Sequence record: MK047718.1 | Direction: 5' to 3' (one strand) | DNA length: 64,000 nucleotides | Source of the DNA: Escherichia phage p000y | Shown: positions 8,964 through 17,427 of the stretch, piece by piece | How the letters are laid out: every line of letters starts with the position of its first letter | Numbering within the stretch: the first letter of the stretch is position 1 | Made by a program: the position numbers and the translations under genes | Notes under the pieces: generated by a model | The model's database searches: none | The model's input: only the letters and a program-made list of their open reading frames with translations | What the model was told of the DNA's origin: nothing

Positions 8964-9018
8964 GTTTACTTCTCCAGTAGTTGTGTTATTATAGACCTAT
9001 CAACTACTGGAGAACAAA

Positions 9019-9336
9019 ATGAAAACCATCGATTGTAAAGCAGAATTTAAGATTTTTTATCACGGTTCAAGTAGTTCAGCTAACATCGAAAACATGCTTT
9101 GTCCTCCTGAGGAAACAGGAGTTCTGTCTGAAACTGGACGTAAGAAAAACTTGGATCGTGTATTCTTTACTGAAGATATCGGTTTAGCAAAGATTTATGC
9201 AGGACGAGCGGCACGCTCTTATGGAGGTGAACCACGTCTCTATCGAGTAATTTCTCCGGTAGACGTAGTTCAAATGAATAATACTAAAGGTGCTACAGTT
9301 TATCACGCTGAATGGGCATTTTGCGAGGAAATATGA
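9019..9336 (+). CDS. Hypothetical protein (105 aa) with a YHGS motif
   Basis: RBS GGAGAA upstream. Contains FYHGSSS and KIYAGRAA segments. Confidence 0.5.
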   Translation: MKTIDCKAEFKIFYHGSSSSANIENMLCPPEETGVLSETGRKKNLDRVFFTEDIGLAKIYAGRAARSYGGEPRLYRVISPVDVVQMNNTKGATVYHAEWAFCEEI

Positions 9337-9521
9337 GCAAATTAACTAAAATTACTTTTATTGGCTGGTTTAAAAGCGGTGAGATGTTCACTAAAGATAT
9401 CATGTTATCAGGTGATCGTGAAGAAATCGAGTGGGTTGCGGTACAACTTGCTGAAGTAAACAATGCATTAGTTAAAGCATTTATTAATGACGAGAAAGTT
9501 TTTGAAGCAGATTTTCGATAA
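9333..9521 (+). CDS. dmd: Dmd (discriminator of mRNA degradation), inhibitor of RnlA/LsoA toxins
   Basis: MSKLTKITFIGWFKSGEMFTKDI...EVNNALVKAFINDEKV closely matches T4 Dmd as recalled; GAGGAA SD; ATGA overlap with the previous ORF. Confidence 0.8.
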   Translation: MSKLTKITFIGWFKSGEMFTKDIMLSGDREEIEWVAVQLAEVNNALVKAFINDEKVFEADFR

Positions 9522-9534
9522 TTTTAAAATAACT

Positions 9535-9564
9535 GTTTACAAGCACCGCATACTGTGTTACTAT
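9535..9564 (+). promoter_or_regulatory. T4-type early promoter
   Basis: GTTTAC, 18-nt spacer, TACTAT; followed by an RBS and the lipoprotein gene. Confidence 0.5.
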
Positions 9565-9592
9565 CTTTCTATCAACTACAGAGGAAATTGAA

Positions 9593-9961
9593 ATGAAAAA
9601 ATTAATCGCTTTAGCAATGGTATTTGGATTAACCGGATGTGGTGCCCACGGCTTTATCCCTAATAACGTTGGCCAACTGATTTACAATCCGAATGTTAAA
9701 CAGTACGACCAACCTAAAGTTGAAGTGGAAGATCCGGTTACTGTAGGTAATCGAATGATTCAAGCTGATGCTCATGCTCAACGTTATCGTGATTCTGATA
9801 CTGTAGCATTGTCAAAAGAACAACGCGTTAAAGAACATTGTCTACAGGCTACTGAAATCGCATTCATTCGCTATGTTGAAACAACTGGTAAAGAGCCTAC
9901 CCAGAAACAAATCGCGAATAACTACGTCCAGTGTATTGAACGTTTAAACAAATTTAATTAA
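9593..9961 (+). CDS. Putative lipoprotein (122 aa)
   Basis: Signal peptide with lipobox LTGC (MKKLIALAMVFGLTGCGA); own early promoter at 9535-9564. Confidence 0.55.
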   Translation: MKKLIALAMVFGLTGCGAHGFIPNNVGQLIYNPNVKQYDQPKVEVEDPVTVGNRMIQADAHAQRYRDSDTVALSKEQRVKEHCLQATEIAFIRYVETTGKEPTQKQIANNYVQCIERLNKFN

Positions 9962-10022
9962 TTGGTTTACGCAAAAGTTAAAACAAGATACTATAAACAT
10001 AACAAATCAAGAGGAAATTAAC

Positions 10023-10271
10023 ATGGAATTATTCGTAGCTAGTTCAGTAGCAGTTTTAATCGCAGGTATTGGTTCAATCATCATTTACATGTTGCCTTGG
10101 GTAATCGCACTTATTCGTGGCACAAAAAGCACAACAGCAATCTTCTTTGTATCTTTACTCTTTAACTGGACGATGATTGGTTGGATTGGAACTTTAATTT
10201 GGTCTATCGTTGCCGAAAAGAAATCTGCTCAGCAGCCTCAACAAGTAATTATTATTCGCGAAAAAGAATAA
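10023..10271 (+). CDS. Small membrane protein (82 aa, two predicted TM segments)
   Basis: Hydrophobic segments VASSVAVLIAGIGSIIIYMLPWVIALI and AIFFVSLLFNWTMIGWIGTLIWSIV; RBS GAGGAA. Confidence 0.5.
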   Translation: MELFVASSVAVLIAGIGSIIIYMLPWVIALIRGTKSTTAIFFVSLLFNWTMIGWIGTLIWSIVAEKKSAQQPQQVIIIREKE

Positions 10272-10275
10272 ACTT

Positions 10276-10305
10276 GTTTACATTATAGATGGACTATAGT
10301 ATAGT
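10276..10305 (+). promoter_or_regulatory. T4-type early promoter with inverted repeat GGACTA/TAGTCC flanking the -10
   Basis: GTTTAC...ggactatagtatagtagtcc; upstream of sp. Confidence 0.55.
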
Positions 10306-10334
10306 AGTCCTATCAAATCAACTAAGGAGTTAAA

Positions 10335-10628
10335 ATGAAAAAGTTATCATTGGCAGCAATCTTACTTGCAGTATCATGTGCACCGGCTCCAGTTACGGCA
10401 GGTTATGATAAAGACCTCTGTGAGTGGTCAATGACTGCAAATCAAGAAGATGTTGAACAACAAATCTTCTCTGATATCATGAACATCACTAAACGAGACC
10501 GTCCTAATATGGTTAATAAAGTTGTTGAACAACTTAAGTCTGGTGGTATCATGCAGTACAACTATGTTTTGTATTGTGACCCTAATTTCGATAACAAAGA
10601 TATCGTAACCGAAATCACAGGTGAATAA
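10335..10628 (+). CDS. sp: Spackle (periplasmic inhibitor of the gp5 lysozyme, superinfection exclusion)
   Basis: Signal peptide plus AGYDKDLCEWSMTA...GGIMQYNYVLYCD matches T4 Sp as recalled; AAGGAG SD. Confidence 0.8.
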   Translation: MKKLSLAAILLAVSCAPAPVTAGYDKDLCEWSMTANQEDVEQQIFSDIMNITKRDRPNMVNKVVEQLKSGGIMQYNYVLYCDPNFDNKDIVTEITGE

Positions 10629-11280
10629 TATGATTTATTATATGCACAAAAACGCACCATTTAAATATGGTAAATTTCCTAATGCACAATGTTATAATAT
10701 AACGCCGAACGAAAATAATAACGGATATCATATTGGTGTAATTTTTGTAATTGTTAAAGATAACGAAATCATTGCCTGGGCCGATTTTAAAGGTACAACA
10801 TATGATGTTAATCCTGTGCCTTTCACATATTACAATATAATGGATTTGGCATATGATTATAATTGGTTTAATCATGACACGTTGGCTCATATTGAAGGTG
10901 TAGGATTTGACATCTCTTATTCTAGCTATTCATTATGTCCTATGAGCCGAGCTCACGGTAAAGATGTATCATATCTTTCAATTCGGAAACGTGTAAACTT
11001 CAAACGTAGTACAGAGTATGTTGGTGGACTCTTTGTTAAAGATAATAAAATAACCCGTATTAGTTATCCTTTAAGTGTAGGTCAAAAAGATGTTGACGTT
11101 GATTTGGACTTAACTGAAAATAACATTAATCGTATTGCTTCTGTATATTTTGATATCGATGAAAAAATTGTAGTGTGTGGATACGAATTACCACCTGAAG
11201 AAAAGGCTGAAGCAATTGAAGTCGAATTAGAAATTTCTGTTGATGACCAAATATTTAATGCATTTATGAATCGAGGTTAA
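10621..11280 (+). CDS. Hypothetical protein (219 aa)
   Basis: Overlaps the sp stop; same-strand packing; lies in the 61.x interval. Confidence 0.5.
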   Translation: MNNMIYYMHKNAPFKYGKFPNAQCYNITPNENNNGYHIGVIFVIVKDNEIIAWADFKGTTYDVNPVPFTYYNIMDLAYDYNWFNHDTLAHIEGVGFDISYSSYSLCPMSRAHGKDVSYLSIRKRVNFKRSTEYVGGLFVKDNKITRISYPLSVGQKDVDVDLDLTENNINRIASVYFDIDEKIVVCGYELPPEEKAEAIEVELEISVDDQIFNAFMNRG

Positions 11281-11281
11281 A

Positions 11282-11479
11282 ATGACTACTGCAATTTGCA
11301 CTGGTTCTAAAATTAGTGTTTTTACAAGTTTTGAAGATTATGAAGTTGTTTCAAAACACCAATGCCATATTAGCGTAAAAGCTAATGACGGTGTAATTTG
11401 GAATATTCCACAGTATGAAGGCACTACATATGAAGTCACAGATATAAATGGTAACAAAGCAATCTTTGTAATTGATTAA
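11282..11479 (+). CDS. Hypothetical protein (65 aa)
   Basis: Tightly packed ORF starting 2 nt after the previous stop. Confidence 0.4.
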   Translation: MTTAICTGSKISVFTSFEDYEVVSKHQCHISVKANDGVIWNIPQYEGTTYEVTDINGNKAIFVID

Positions 11480-11498
11480 ATATACTCAGGAGGTACCT

Positions 11499-11966
11499 AT
11501 GGGTATTATTAACACTGCAATAGATTCTGTTTACGCATATAAGTTTATTCGACTAATGCAAAAACCTTTTACCGAATGGAAAGCATACGAAGCCAAAATC
11601 ATCGATGAACGTGGAAGTGTTCTTAAACGCCCTTCCACTCCTGAAGAGAAAGCGGCTTATACACCTTTTCATGCTTCAGTTCGTTCAATGAAGCGAATGA
11701 TGAACACTGTTCCAGGTCTTAATGGAATGGCATCAATGATGTCTGCCTGGAGTGCTGTAGCATCCCGCTATAACATTACAGAAGAACAGCAGAAAGAAAT
11801 ATTTAAAGAACTCCCTTTATTTGAGGATATGGTGGCTGGTGATTCAGGTGGCAGCCCTCAAGCTATTGCATCAGGAACAACCACAGGTGCAGTCGTAAAT
11901 AAAGGTCCAGAACAAATTCCTTCCAAGAAAAGAAAGCGAATTAAAGTAAATATTAATAAGTTGTGA
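11499..11966 (+). CDS. Hypothetical protein (about 155 aa)
   Basis: ATG at 11499 preceded by a strong SD (CAGGAGG) with 5-nt spacing; track start 11472 is a TTG inside the previous ORF. Confidence 0.5.
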   Translation: MGIINTAIDSVYAYKFIRLMQKPFTEWKAYEAKIIDERGSVLKRPSTPEEKAAYTPFHASVRSMKRMMNTVPGLNGMASMMSAWSAVASRYNITEEQQKEIFKELPLFEDMVAGDSGGSPQAIASGTTTGAVVNKGPEQIPSKKRKRIKVNINKL

Positions 11967-12005
11967 TATGATGGCCTTATTAATTTAAGGCCTCTGGAGA
12001 ATACT

Positions 12006-13028
12006 ATGGCTGAATGGATAGATAATGAATTTGCTTATCGTGCGTTTTCTCACCTCCCTCGTTTTAGACAAATCAATAATTCAAGCACATTTAAATTAAC
12101 GTTTCGTTGTCCAGTTTGTGGCGACTCCCAGACAGATGCAATGAAAGCTCGCGGATGGTATTATGGCGGTACTCCTGGTAATGTACATTGCTATAACTGC
12201 CAATACCACAATACAATTTCCGGATACTTAAAAGAGTATGATGAAGAGCTTTATCGCGAATATCTAATGGAAGTTCGTAAAGAAAAAGCTAGAATGGAAC
12301 CGAAGATTGAAAAGGTTCCTGAACATAAACCAGAACCGGAGAAAAAGACTATAAATTCTTTGCCGTCTTGTTCTCGTCTGGACAAACTGCCTGAAGAGCA
12401 TCCTATTGTGAAATATGTTAAGTCTCGGTGTATTCCTAAAGAATCGTGGAATAGATTATGGTTCACATTAGAATGGCCTAAATTGGTCAACAAGATTCAA
12501 CCTGGTACGTATAAGAAAGAGATTCCCGAGCCACGTTTAGTGATTCCTATTTTTAATAAAGACGGGAAGGCCGAGTCATTCCAAGGACGTGCACTTCGTA
12601 AAGATGCTCCTCAGAAATATATCACTATTAAAGCGTTTGAGTCTGCAACAAAAATTTATGGTGTTGAACGTGTTAAGGAAGGAGACGTCTGGGTAATGGA
12701 AGGCCCTATTGATAGTTTATTCATACCCAATGCAATCGCTATTACAGGCGGCTCAATAGATTTAGATGTGGTACCATTTAAAGAACGTCGGGTATGGGTA
12801 ATGGATAATGAACCTAGGCATCCAGATACTATAGCTCGCATGAAGCGATTAGTTGATGCAGGCGAACGTGTCATGTTCTGGGACCGAGCTCCATGGAGAT
12901 CAAAGGATGTGAATGATATGGTAATGAAAGAAAATGCAACACCACAAGAAATTTTAGAATATATGAAACAGAATATTTCAAGTGGGTTGCATGCTAAAAT
13001 GAGATTATCTCGTTATTCGAAGATTTAA
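12006..13028 (+). CDS. 61: gp61 DNA primase
   Basis: 340 aa; N-terminal zinc ribbon CPVCGDS...CYNC; TOPRIM-like VMEGPIDS and DNE motifs; synteny with 41. Confidence 0.9.
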   Translation: MAEWIDNEFAYRAFSHLPRFRQINNSSTFKLTFRCPVCGDSQTDAMKARGWYYGGTPGNVHCYNCQYHNTISGYLKEYDEELYREYLMEVRKEKARMEPKIEKVPEHKPEPEKKTINSLPSCSRLDKLPEEHPIVKYVKSRCIPKESWNRLWFTLEWPKLVNKIQPGTYKKEIPEPRLVIPIFNKDGKAESFQGRALRKDAPQKYITIKAFESATKIYGVERVKEGDVWVMEGPIDSLFIPNAIAITGGSIDLDVVPFKERRVWVMDNEPRHPDTIARMKRLVDAGERVMFWDRAPWRSKDVNDMVMKENATPQEILEYMKQNISSGLHAKMRLSRYSKI

Positions 13029-13222
13029 ACAAGCCCTATAATAGCAAAGGCCAAATCAACTACAGTATCCAATGGAACAGAAGGAACTATAATACCATGG
13101 GCAACTAACAATGGTGCAATCCCGAAGTTCCATGAAATAATGCCACCTACAACTATTGCAGCGATAGCAGTTTTCTTTTTATTGCCTTTAATAGCGTTGA
13201 TTAACGATGGAAGTTTAAACAT
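13025..13222 (-). CDS. Small hydrophobic membrane protein (65 aa) on the opposite strand
   Basis: Fills the 61-56 gap exactly. Minus-strand start is preceded by TAAGGAGAT (strong SD). Two hydrophobic segments. Confidence 0.4.
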   Translation of the reverse strand: MFKLPSLINAIKGNKKKTAIAAIVVGGIISWNFGIAPLLVAHGIIVPSVPLDTVVDLAFAIIGLV

Positions 13223-13310
13223 AATATCTCCTTAGTTACCTATTATTTATTACGCTTTATAAAATTAATGTTAGAATTAACTCTCTTATATTGAATTGAA
13301 AGGAAAAATA

Positions 13311-13832
13311 ATGGCACACTTTAACGAATGTTCACAACTTATTTCCGGTGTTGATAAAGCAGAAGAAGCTTATTTTAATGCTCTGATTCACGAAGATAAA
13401 GACCCACTGCAGGTAATGCTTGATATGCAGAAATCTTTACAGGTTCGTCTGGCAAATGACAAGCCTGAACATAACAAACATCCTGATGAATTGGCCACTG
13501 CTGGTGATGTTGTTGATTGGCTGCGTAATCAGAAAGATTATATTGATGATGAATTTCGTGAACTGCTGACTTCACTTGGTGGTATGAGCAACGGTGAAAA
13601 AGCCGCCAGCAGTGTATGGAAGCCGTGGAAGGCACAACATGCTGAATATCGTAATCGTCGTATTGATGAACTGTCTCCTGAAGACCAGCTCGAAATTAAA
13701 TTCGAAATGATTGATATTCTGCACTTCGTTCTGAACATGTTCCAAGGTCTGGGTCTTTCTGCTGAAGAAATCTTTAAACTGTATTATCTGAAGAATGCTG
13801 AAAACTTTGCTCGTCAAGACCGAGGTTATTAA
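13311..13832 (+). CDS. 56: gp56 dCTPase (dCTP/dCDP pyrophosphatase, MazG-like)
   Basis: MAHFNEC...DPLQVMLDMQ...ETAGDVVDWLR...EEIFKLYYLKNAENFARQDRGY near-identical to T4 gp56 as recalled. ATG 13311 with AAGGA SD; track start 13296 is a TTG. Confidence 0.9.
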   Translation: MAHFNECSQLISGVDKAEEAYFNALIHEDKDPLQVMLDMQKSLQVRLANDKPEHNKHPDELATAGDVVDWLRNQKDYIDDEFRELLTSLGGMSNGEKAASSVWKPWKAQHAEYRNRRIDELSPEDQLEIKFEMIDILHFVLNMFQGLGLSAEEIFKLYYLKNAENFARQDRGY

Positions 13833-14005
13833 TGGCTCGTTTAAATAAACGTCAGCTTAAGAAAGCTCATAAGAAACGTATTGACCAACTATTTAAAAAT
13901 GATAACAGTGAGCTTATTTGTAAGCTCCTGTCTAATCAACTTCAGCATGTTAGTCAATTATCAGACCATCTACATATGGTTGATTGGGTTGCAAATGAAA
14001 CTTGA
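13832..14005 (+). CDS. Hypothetical basic protein (57 aa)
   Basis: TAATG overlap with the gene 56 stop; basic N-terminus MARLNKRQLKKAHKKR. Confidence 0.3.
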   Translation: MARLNKRQLKKAHKKRIDQLFKNDNSELICKLLSNQLQHVSQLSDHLHMVDWVANET

Positions 14006-14219
14006 TTTTTATGCATGGCAAAAAGCCGGGAGACCGGCTAATAAAGCATTCGGCTCTGATGGATATAATACTAGACTCCACTGGAAATTTAATACTCCAG
14101 ATGATTATTCTCCGGTAATAATTAACGGTGATGTTGTTATATTAGCTAAATTCGGATATTTTATTGTCCCGAAGAAATTCATTATAAATACACCTGTAAT
14201 TAAACAACAAAGGAGTTAA
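13995..14219 (+). CDS. Hypothetical protein (74 aa)
   Basis: ATG overlaps the previous ORF end; contains the soc late promoter. Track start 13881 is less likely. Confidence 0.3.
   Translation: MKLDFYAWQKAGRPANKAFGSDGYNTRLHWKFNTPDDYSPVIINGDVVILAKFGYFIVPKKFIINTPVIKQQRS
14183..14190 (+). promoter_or_regulatory. T4 late promoter (TATAAATA) for soc
   Basis: Exact TATAAATA 32 nt upstream of the soc ATG. Confidence 0.65.
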
Positions 14220-14221
14220 TT

Positions 14222-14458
14222 ATGGGTGGTTATGTAAACATCAAAACCTTTACGCATCCTGCTGGTGAAGGTAAAGAAGTTAAAGGTATGGAAGTTTCTG
14301 TTCCGTTTGAAATCTATTCTAACGAGCATCGTATTGCAGATTCTCATTACCAAATCTTTCCATCAGAAAAGGCAGCTTATTCTACTGTAGTTTCTGATGC
14401 AGCTGACTGGAAAACTAAGAACGCTGCAATGTTTACCCCTACACCAGTAAGTGGTTAA
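14222..14458 (+). CDS. soc: Soc small outer capsid protein
   Basis: GYVNIKTF...HYQIFPSEKAAYSTV matches T4 Soc; late promoter TATAAATA 32 nt upstream; terminator follows. Confidence 0.85.
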   Translation: MGGYVNIKTFTHPAGEGKEVKGMEVSVPFEIYSNEHRIADSHYQIFPSEKAAYSTVVSDAADWKTKNAAMFTPTPVSG

Positions 14459-14467
14459 ATAATTTAA

Positions 14468-14492
14468 GGAATCCTTCGGGATTCCTTTTTTT
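14468..14492 (+). terminator. Intrinsic terminator after soc
   Basis: GGAATCC-TTCG-GGATTCC followed by T7. Confidence 0.75.
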
Positions 14493-14559
14493 GTTTCTAC
14501 AGTTTACAACCACTAAAAACTGTGTTAAGATATTCTTACTTACTCAAGAGGAGAACAAT

Positions 14560-14787
14560 ATGTTAAATCGTTGGATTAAACCTAATAACACATTAGGTGC
14601 TTTGATTGCTCAAGAAGTTTCGTTGAAATACGGTCTTGGATATTACGATGATGTAGTCGTACACTCATTCATGATGGATGGTGAAGACGTCAAATTTAAT
14701 GCCGAAATCCGTTGGGATGACGGTGGTGTTCGTTTTGTTCGAGGAACAATTAATGCTTACGATGCTGAAGAAGTTGTTTGCTGTTAA
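14560..14787 (+). CDS. Hypothetical protein (75 aa)
   Basis: ATG 14560 after AGAGGAG SD; the track N-terminal extension overlaps the promoter. Confidence 0.4.
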   Translation: MLNRWIKPNNTLGALIAQEVSLKYGLGYYDDVVVHSFMMDGEDVKFNAEIRWDDGGVRFVRGTINAYDAEEVVCC

Positions 14788-14800
14788 ACCAGGCGAAGGT

Positions 14801-14989
14801 ATGATGCCTATTCCTGATACACACGAAAAAAGTTGGGAATACATTGGTGACGGCATGATGGAAGAAGTTATTCGTCCTAAGTCTGCTTCAAACTCTTCAA
14901 GTTATAATCATTCATACGTATCGTCTTGGCCTGGTGATTCCGGGTCAAGTTATTCTGATTGTGGTTCAAGCTCAGGGAGCTGCGAATGA
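14801..14989 (+). CDS. Hypothetical Ser-rich protein (62 aa)
   Basis: ATG 14801 with GAAGG SD; the longer track ORF (14678) overlaps the previous gene. Confidence 0.35.
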   Translation: MMPIPDTHEKSWEYIGDGMMEEVIRPKSASNSSSYNHSYVSSWPGDSGSSYSDCGSSSGSCE

Positions 14990-15165
14990 ACAAGATAGTT
15001 AAATGGTTTAAAAGCTGGGACGATGGTGTCGGTCCAGAAGATTGGCTGGATGTTCTTGAAGAGAATATGGCTAAAGAATTCCAGAAACATGAAGAAAAGC
15101 TCGTCGAAGATGAAGGCGAACGTATTGTAAAACTTTATATGGGTGAACCATCGAGGAAATTATAA
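14986..15165 (+). CDS. Hypothetical protein (59 aa)
   Basis: ATGA overlap; GGGAG SD. Confidence 0.35.
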   Translation: MNKIVKWFKSWDDGVGPEDWLDVLEENMAKEFQKHEEKLVEDEGERIVKLYMGEPSRKL

Positions 15166-15629
15166 TGGATGCTATGCTATTTAAAATGTATTTGCTTGAA
15201 GCCAAGTCATTTAAACATATACCAGTAGAAGATAAGACTCCACTAGAAATAGCTATTCTCATTAACAAAAGTCTAAATAATCCGCAATATATCGTAGAAG
15301 AATTCTGCAAATTGCAGATTCCTAAAGGTTACAAAATTCGTGTAGAGCGAGTTGGAGCTATTACTCGTTCTAAAAATTCTCCGTTTAGTCTTGAAGAAGG
15401 CATAAAGGACTTAGGTTATGAATCTACGGAAAATGCAGTTTATGTGAATCCTGAAAAGCGTTTAGACCTGTTTGAAAAGCGAGACCATAAGTATTTTGCC
15501 AAAAAATACTTTATTACATCATTAGCAGATTTAATCCATTTGCAACGAGCTATTTGGAAATTTTTTAAGACAAAAGGTGTAGCACTAGAAACGTTCTCTG
15601 AACCTGCTAGTTTTTATCTCGGTGAATAA
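15165..15629 (+). CDS. Hypothetical protein (154 aa), in the position of T4 mrh
   Basis: ORF in the soc-modA interval; the name is positional only. Confidence 0.45.
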   Translation: MDAMLFKMYLLEAKSFKHIPVEDKTPLEIAILINKSLNNPQYIVEEFCKLQIPKGYKIRVERVGAITRSKNSPFSLEEGIKDLGYESTENAVYVNPEKRLDLFEKRDHKYFAKKYFITSLADLIHLQRAIWKFFKTKGVALETFSEPASFYLGE

Positions 15630-15630
15630 T

Positions 15631-15810
15631 ATGGACCTTATGAGTATGTTTGATGAGCCTGAAGTTGAGGCTCCTAAAGTGCATCGTAGTGAACTTGTTG
15701 ATGAACTAGATAGTATTATACAGCGTCATGGCTTTAGTTTACCATTAGATGTCCTGAAAGACCTCGCCTCTTATTATGATGACCCTCCACCATGGAGTCC
15801 ATGGAAATGA
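15631..15810 (+). CDS. Hypothetical acidic protein (59 aa)
   Basis: ATG immediately after the upstream stop; track start 15622 is a GTG. Confidence 0.35.
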   Translation: MDLMSMFDEPEVEAPKVHRSELVDELDSIIQRHGFSLPLDVLKDLASYYDDPPPWSPWK

Positions 15811-16026
15811 AAGAGAAATTGAAAGAGAAATTCTTACTAGAAATCAAGGAAAAAGACTTTGAGACATGGTATCGAATGGTGAAAGGGTTGACATTGCTTT
15901 TTAAAGCATCCTTATTCATGTTAGAACAACCTGGTCCTGATGGACCTTTAGTAGGAAAGCTTAAAAAGTAGTTTACATTCCCTCCTCTCGTGTTATGATA
16001 GGCTTATCTTTAAATGGAGGTCTATC

Positions 16027-16608
16027 ATGACATGTCAATCTGAACTTCAAGAACGTGAATACCTAACAAATCTGATTGATAGCAAATTCACCCGCCAAGA
16101 ACAAAACATTCTCTGGGCTTGCACCGATTCTAAGGAAGACCCAGATTTCCACTATGAATTAGACCATCTTGTTCGTAAGCATATGACTTCTACAGTACCA
16201 GTAGAACTCTACCGTGGTGTAACTCCAGAAGAAGTAGAACGTCTTTCCCTTCTTTCTGTTGGATGCCATTGGTCTCCTGGACGAGTAACATCGTTCACAA
16301 CTGATTTCGGTACGGCTCGTCAATTCTCCGGGAGATGGGAATATCAGACGTACACTATTCTTAGTCTCAGGAATGCTCCATTCATTTTTGATTACTACCA
16401 AAACATGGTTAACATTGTACTCGCCGGAAAGAACCCTAAACATGTTATGGAAGAAACGCGTGTTGACGTCTTAGATATGATTGAATCTGAACAAGAGTAC
16501 ATGGTCTCAAGTATCTCTAGATTTGAGATTGTGGAAATTGAAGACTTAGAATATGACCCTTTATCTCGATTATACAAAATCATTCATTTGAAAATGTTGA
16601 ATTTTTAG
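16027..16608 (+). CDS. modA: ADP-ribosyltransferase, ModA-like
   Basis: R-S-E ART signature: LYRG (Arg), SFTTDFGTA (STS-like) and ESEQEYMV (ExE); tandem paralog follows; position matches T4 modA. Confidence 0.6.
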   Translation: MTCQSELQEREYLTNLIDSKFTRQEQNILWACTDSKEDPDFHYELDHLVRKHMTSTVPVELYRGVTPEEVERLSLLSVGCHWSPGRVTSFTTDFGTARQFSGRWEYQTYTILSLRNAPFIFDYYQNMVNIVLAGKNPKHVMEETRVDVLDMIESEQEYMVSSISRFEIVEIEDLEYDPLSRLYKIIHLKMLNF

Positions 16609-16665
16609 TGTACAAACTCTTCCGATGATGATACTATAGACCTATCAACCACAGGAGAAACCTAA

Positions 16666-17274
16666 ATGTTTATGCCGTATAACGAGTGTGAAATTGAAGA
16701 AATGGTTCGTCGTGCTCAAAACCCTGAATATCAAGATGAATTGCAGTATGAAATTGATAGTCAATTCAGTGACATTGAACAAAGTGTACTGTGGCGGTGT
16801 ATGGAAAACAAGCCAGACTGTATTCAACAGGAGTTAAGTTCAATCGTTCGTAGAAATTGGACGTCTTCTGTTCCTGAGACAATGTATCGTGGAATCTCTA
16901 AGAAAACTATGGCCGCACTCGATGATAAAGGCATTGGTAGTATTATTAAATTTGACAGAGTAATGAGCTTCAGCCCAGTGTTCGGTGTAGCACGTAACTT
17001 TGCTTCGTATAATTTTTACGGAACATTTAATATGTTCTGCATCAAAGATGCACCATTTGCTTTCAACTTCCGTGAACATATGCTTAACATGATTCTGGCT
17101 GCGCCATCTTGTGAGTTCAATGGAGCTTTCCCTGAAGCGACAAGACGGTCTAATGCTAGACTTATATCCGACGAATGTGAATTTATGCTCCCTATAGGGA
17201 CTACACTGCGTGTAGATTCTATTATTCAAGATGGACGTTATACAATCTGGAATCTGTCTATTGTCAGTTACTGA
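16666..17274 (+). CDS. modB: ADP-ribosyltransferase, ModB-like
   Basis: Paralog of the previous gene: MYRG, SFSPVFGVA and DECEFMLP motifs; 202 aa. Confidence 0.6.
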   Translation: MFMPYNECEIEEMVRRAQNPEYQDELQYEIDSQFSDIEQSVLWRCMENKPDCIQQELSSIVRRNWTSSVPETMYRGISKKTMAALDDKGIGSIIKFDRVMSFSPVFGVARNFASYNFYGTFNMFCIKDAPFAFNFREHMLNMILAAPSCEFNGAFPEATRRSNARLISDECEFMLPIGTTLRVDSIIQDGRYTIWNLSIVSY

Positions 17275-17427
17275 CTGAATTGGAATAACCGGATGGAACT
17301 CAGAACCATTATAACACATAAAAAATTAAAGCATTTTACGAAAAAAGAGTGTACACTACCTGAGGGCATGATATTATAGACTTATCAGCTAAATGACCTT
17401 AACGTCCGTAAGACAGAGGAAAATATT

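Noticed and set aside
14491-14559. N-terminal extensions of track ORFs that run through promoters (also 20509-20550, 21045-21107, 22589-22633, 58864-58905)
   Set aside because: The extended starts lack an RBS and lie on top of GTTTAC/TATAAT promoter elements; internal ATGs with strong SDs were preferred.
14678-14989. 103-aa track ORF overlapping the 14560-14787 gene
   Set aside because: Extensive out-of-frame overlap; an internal ATG at 14801 with a GAAGG SD gives a non-overlapping 62-aa gene in the same frame.
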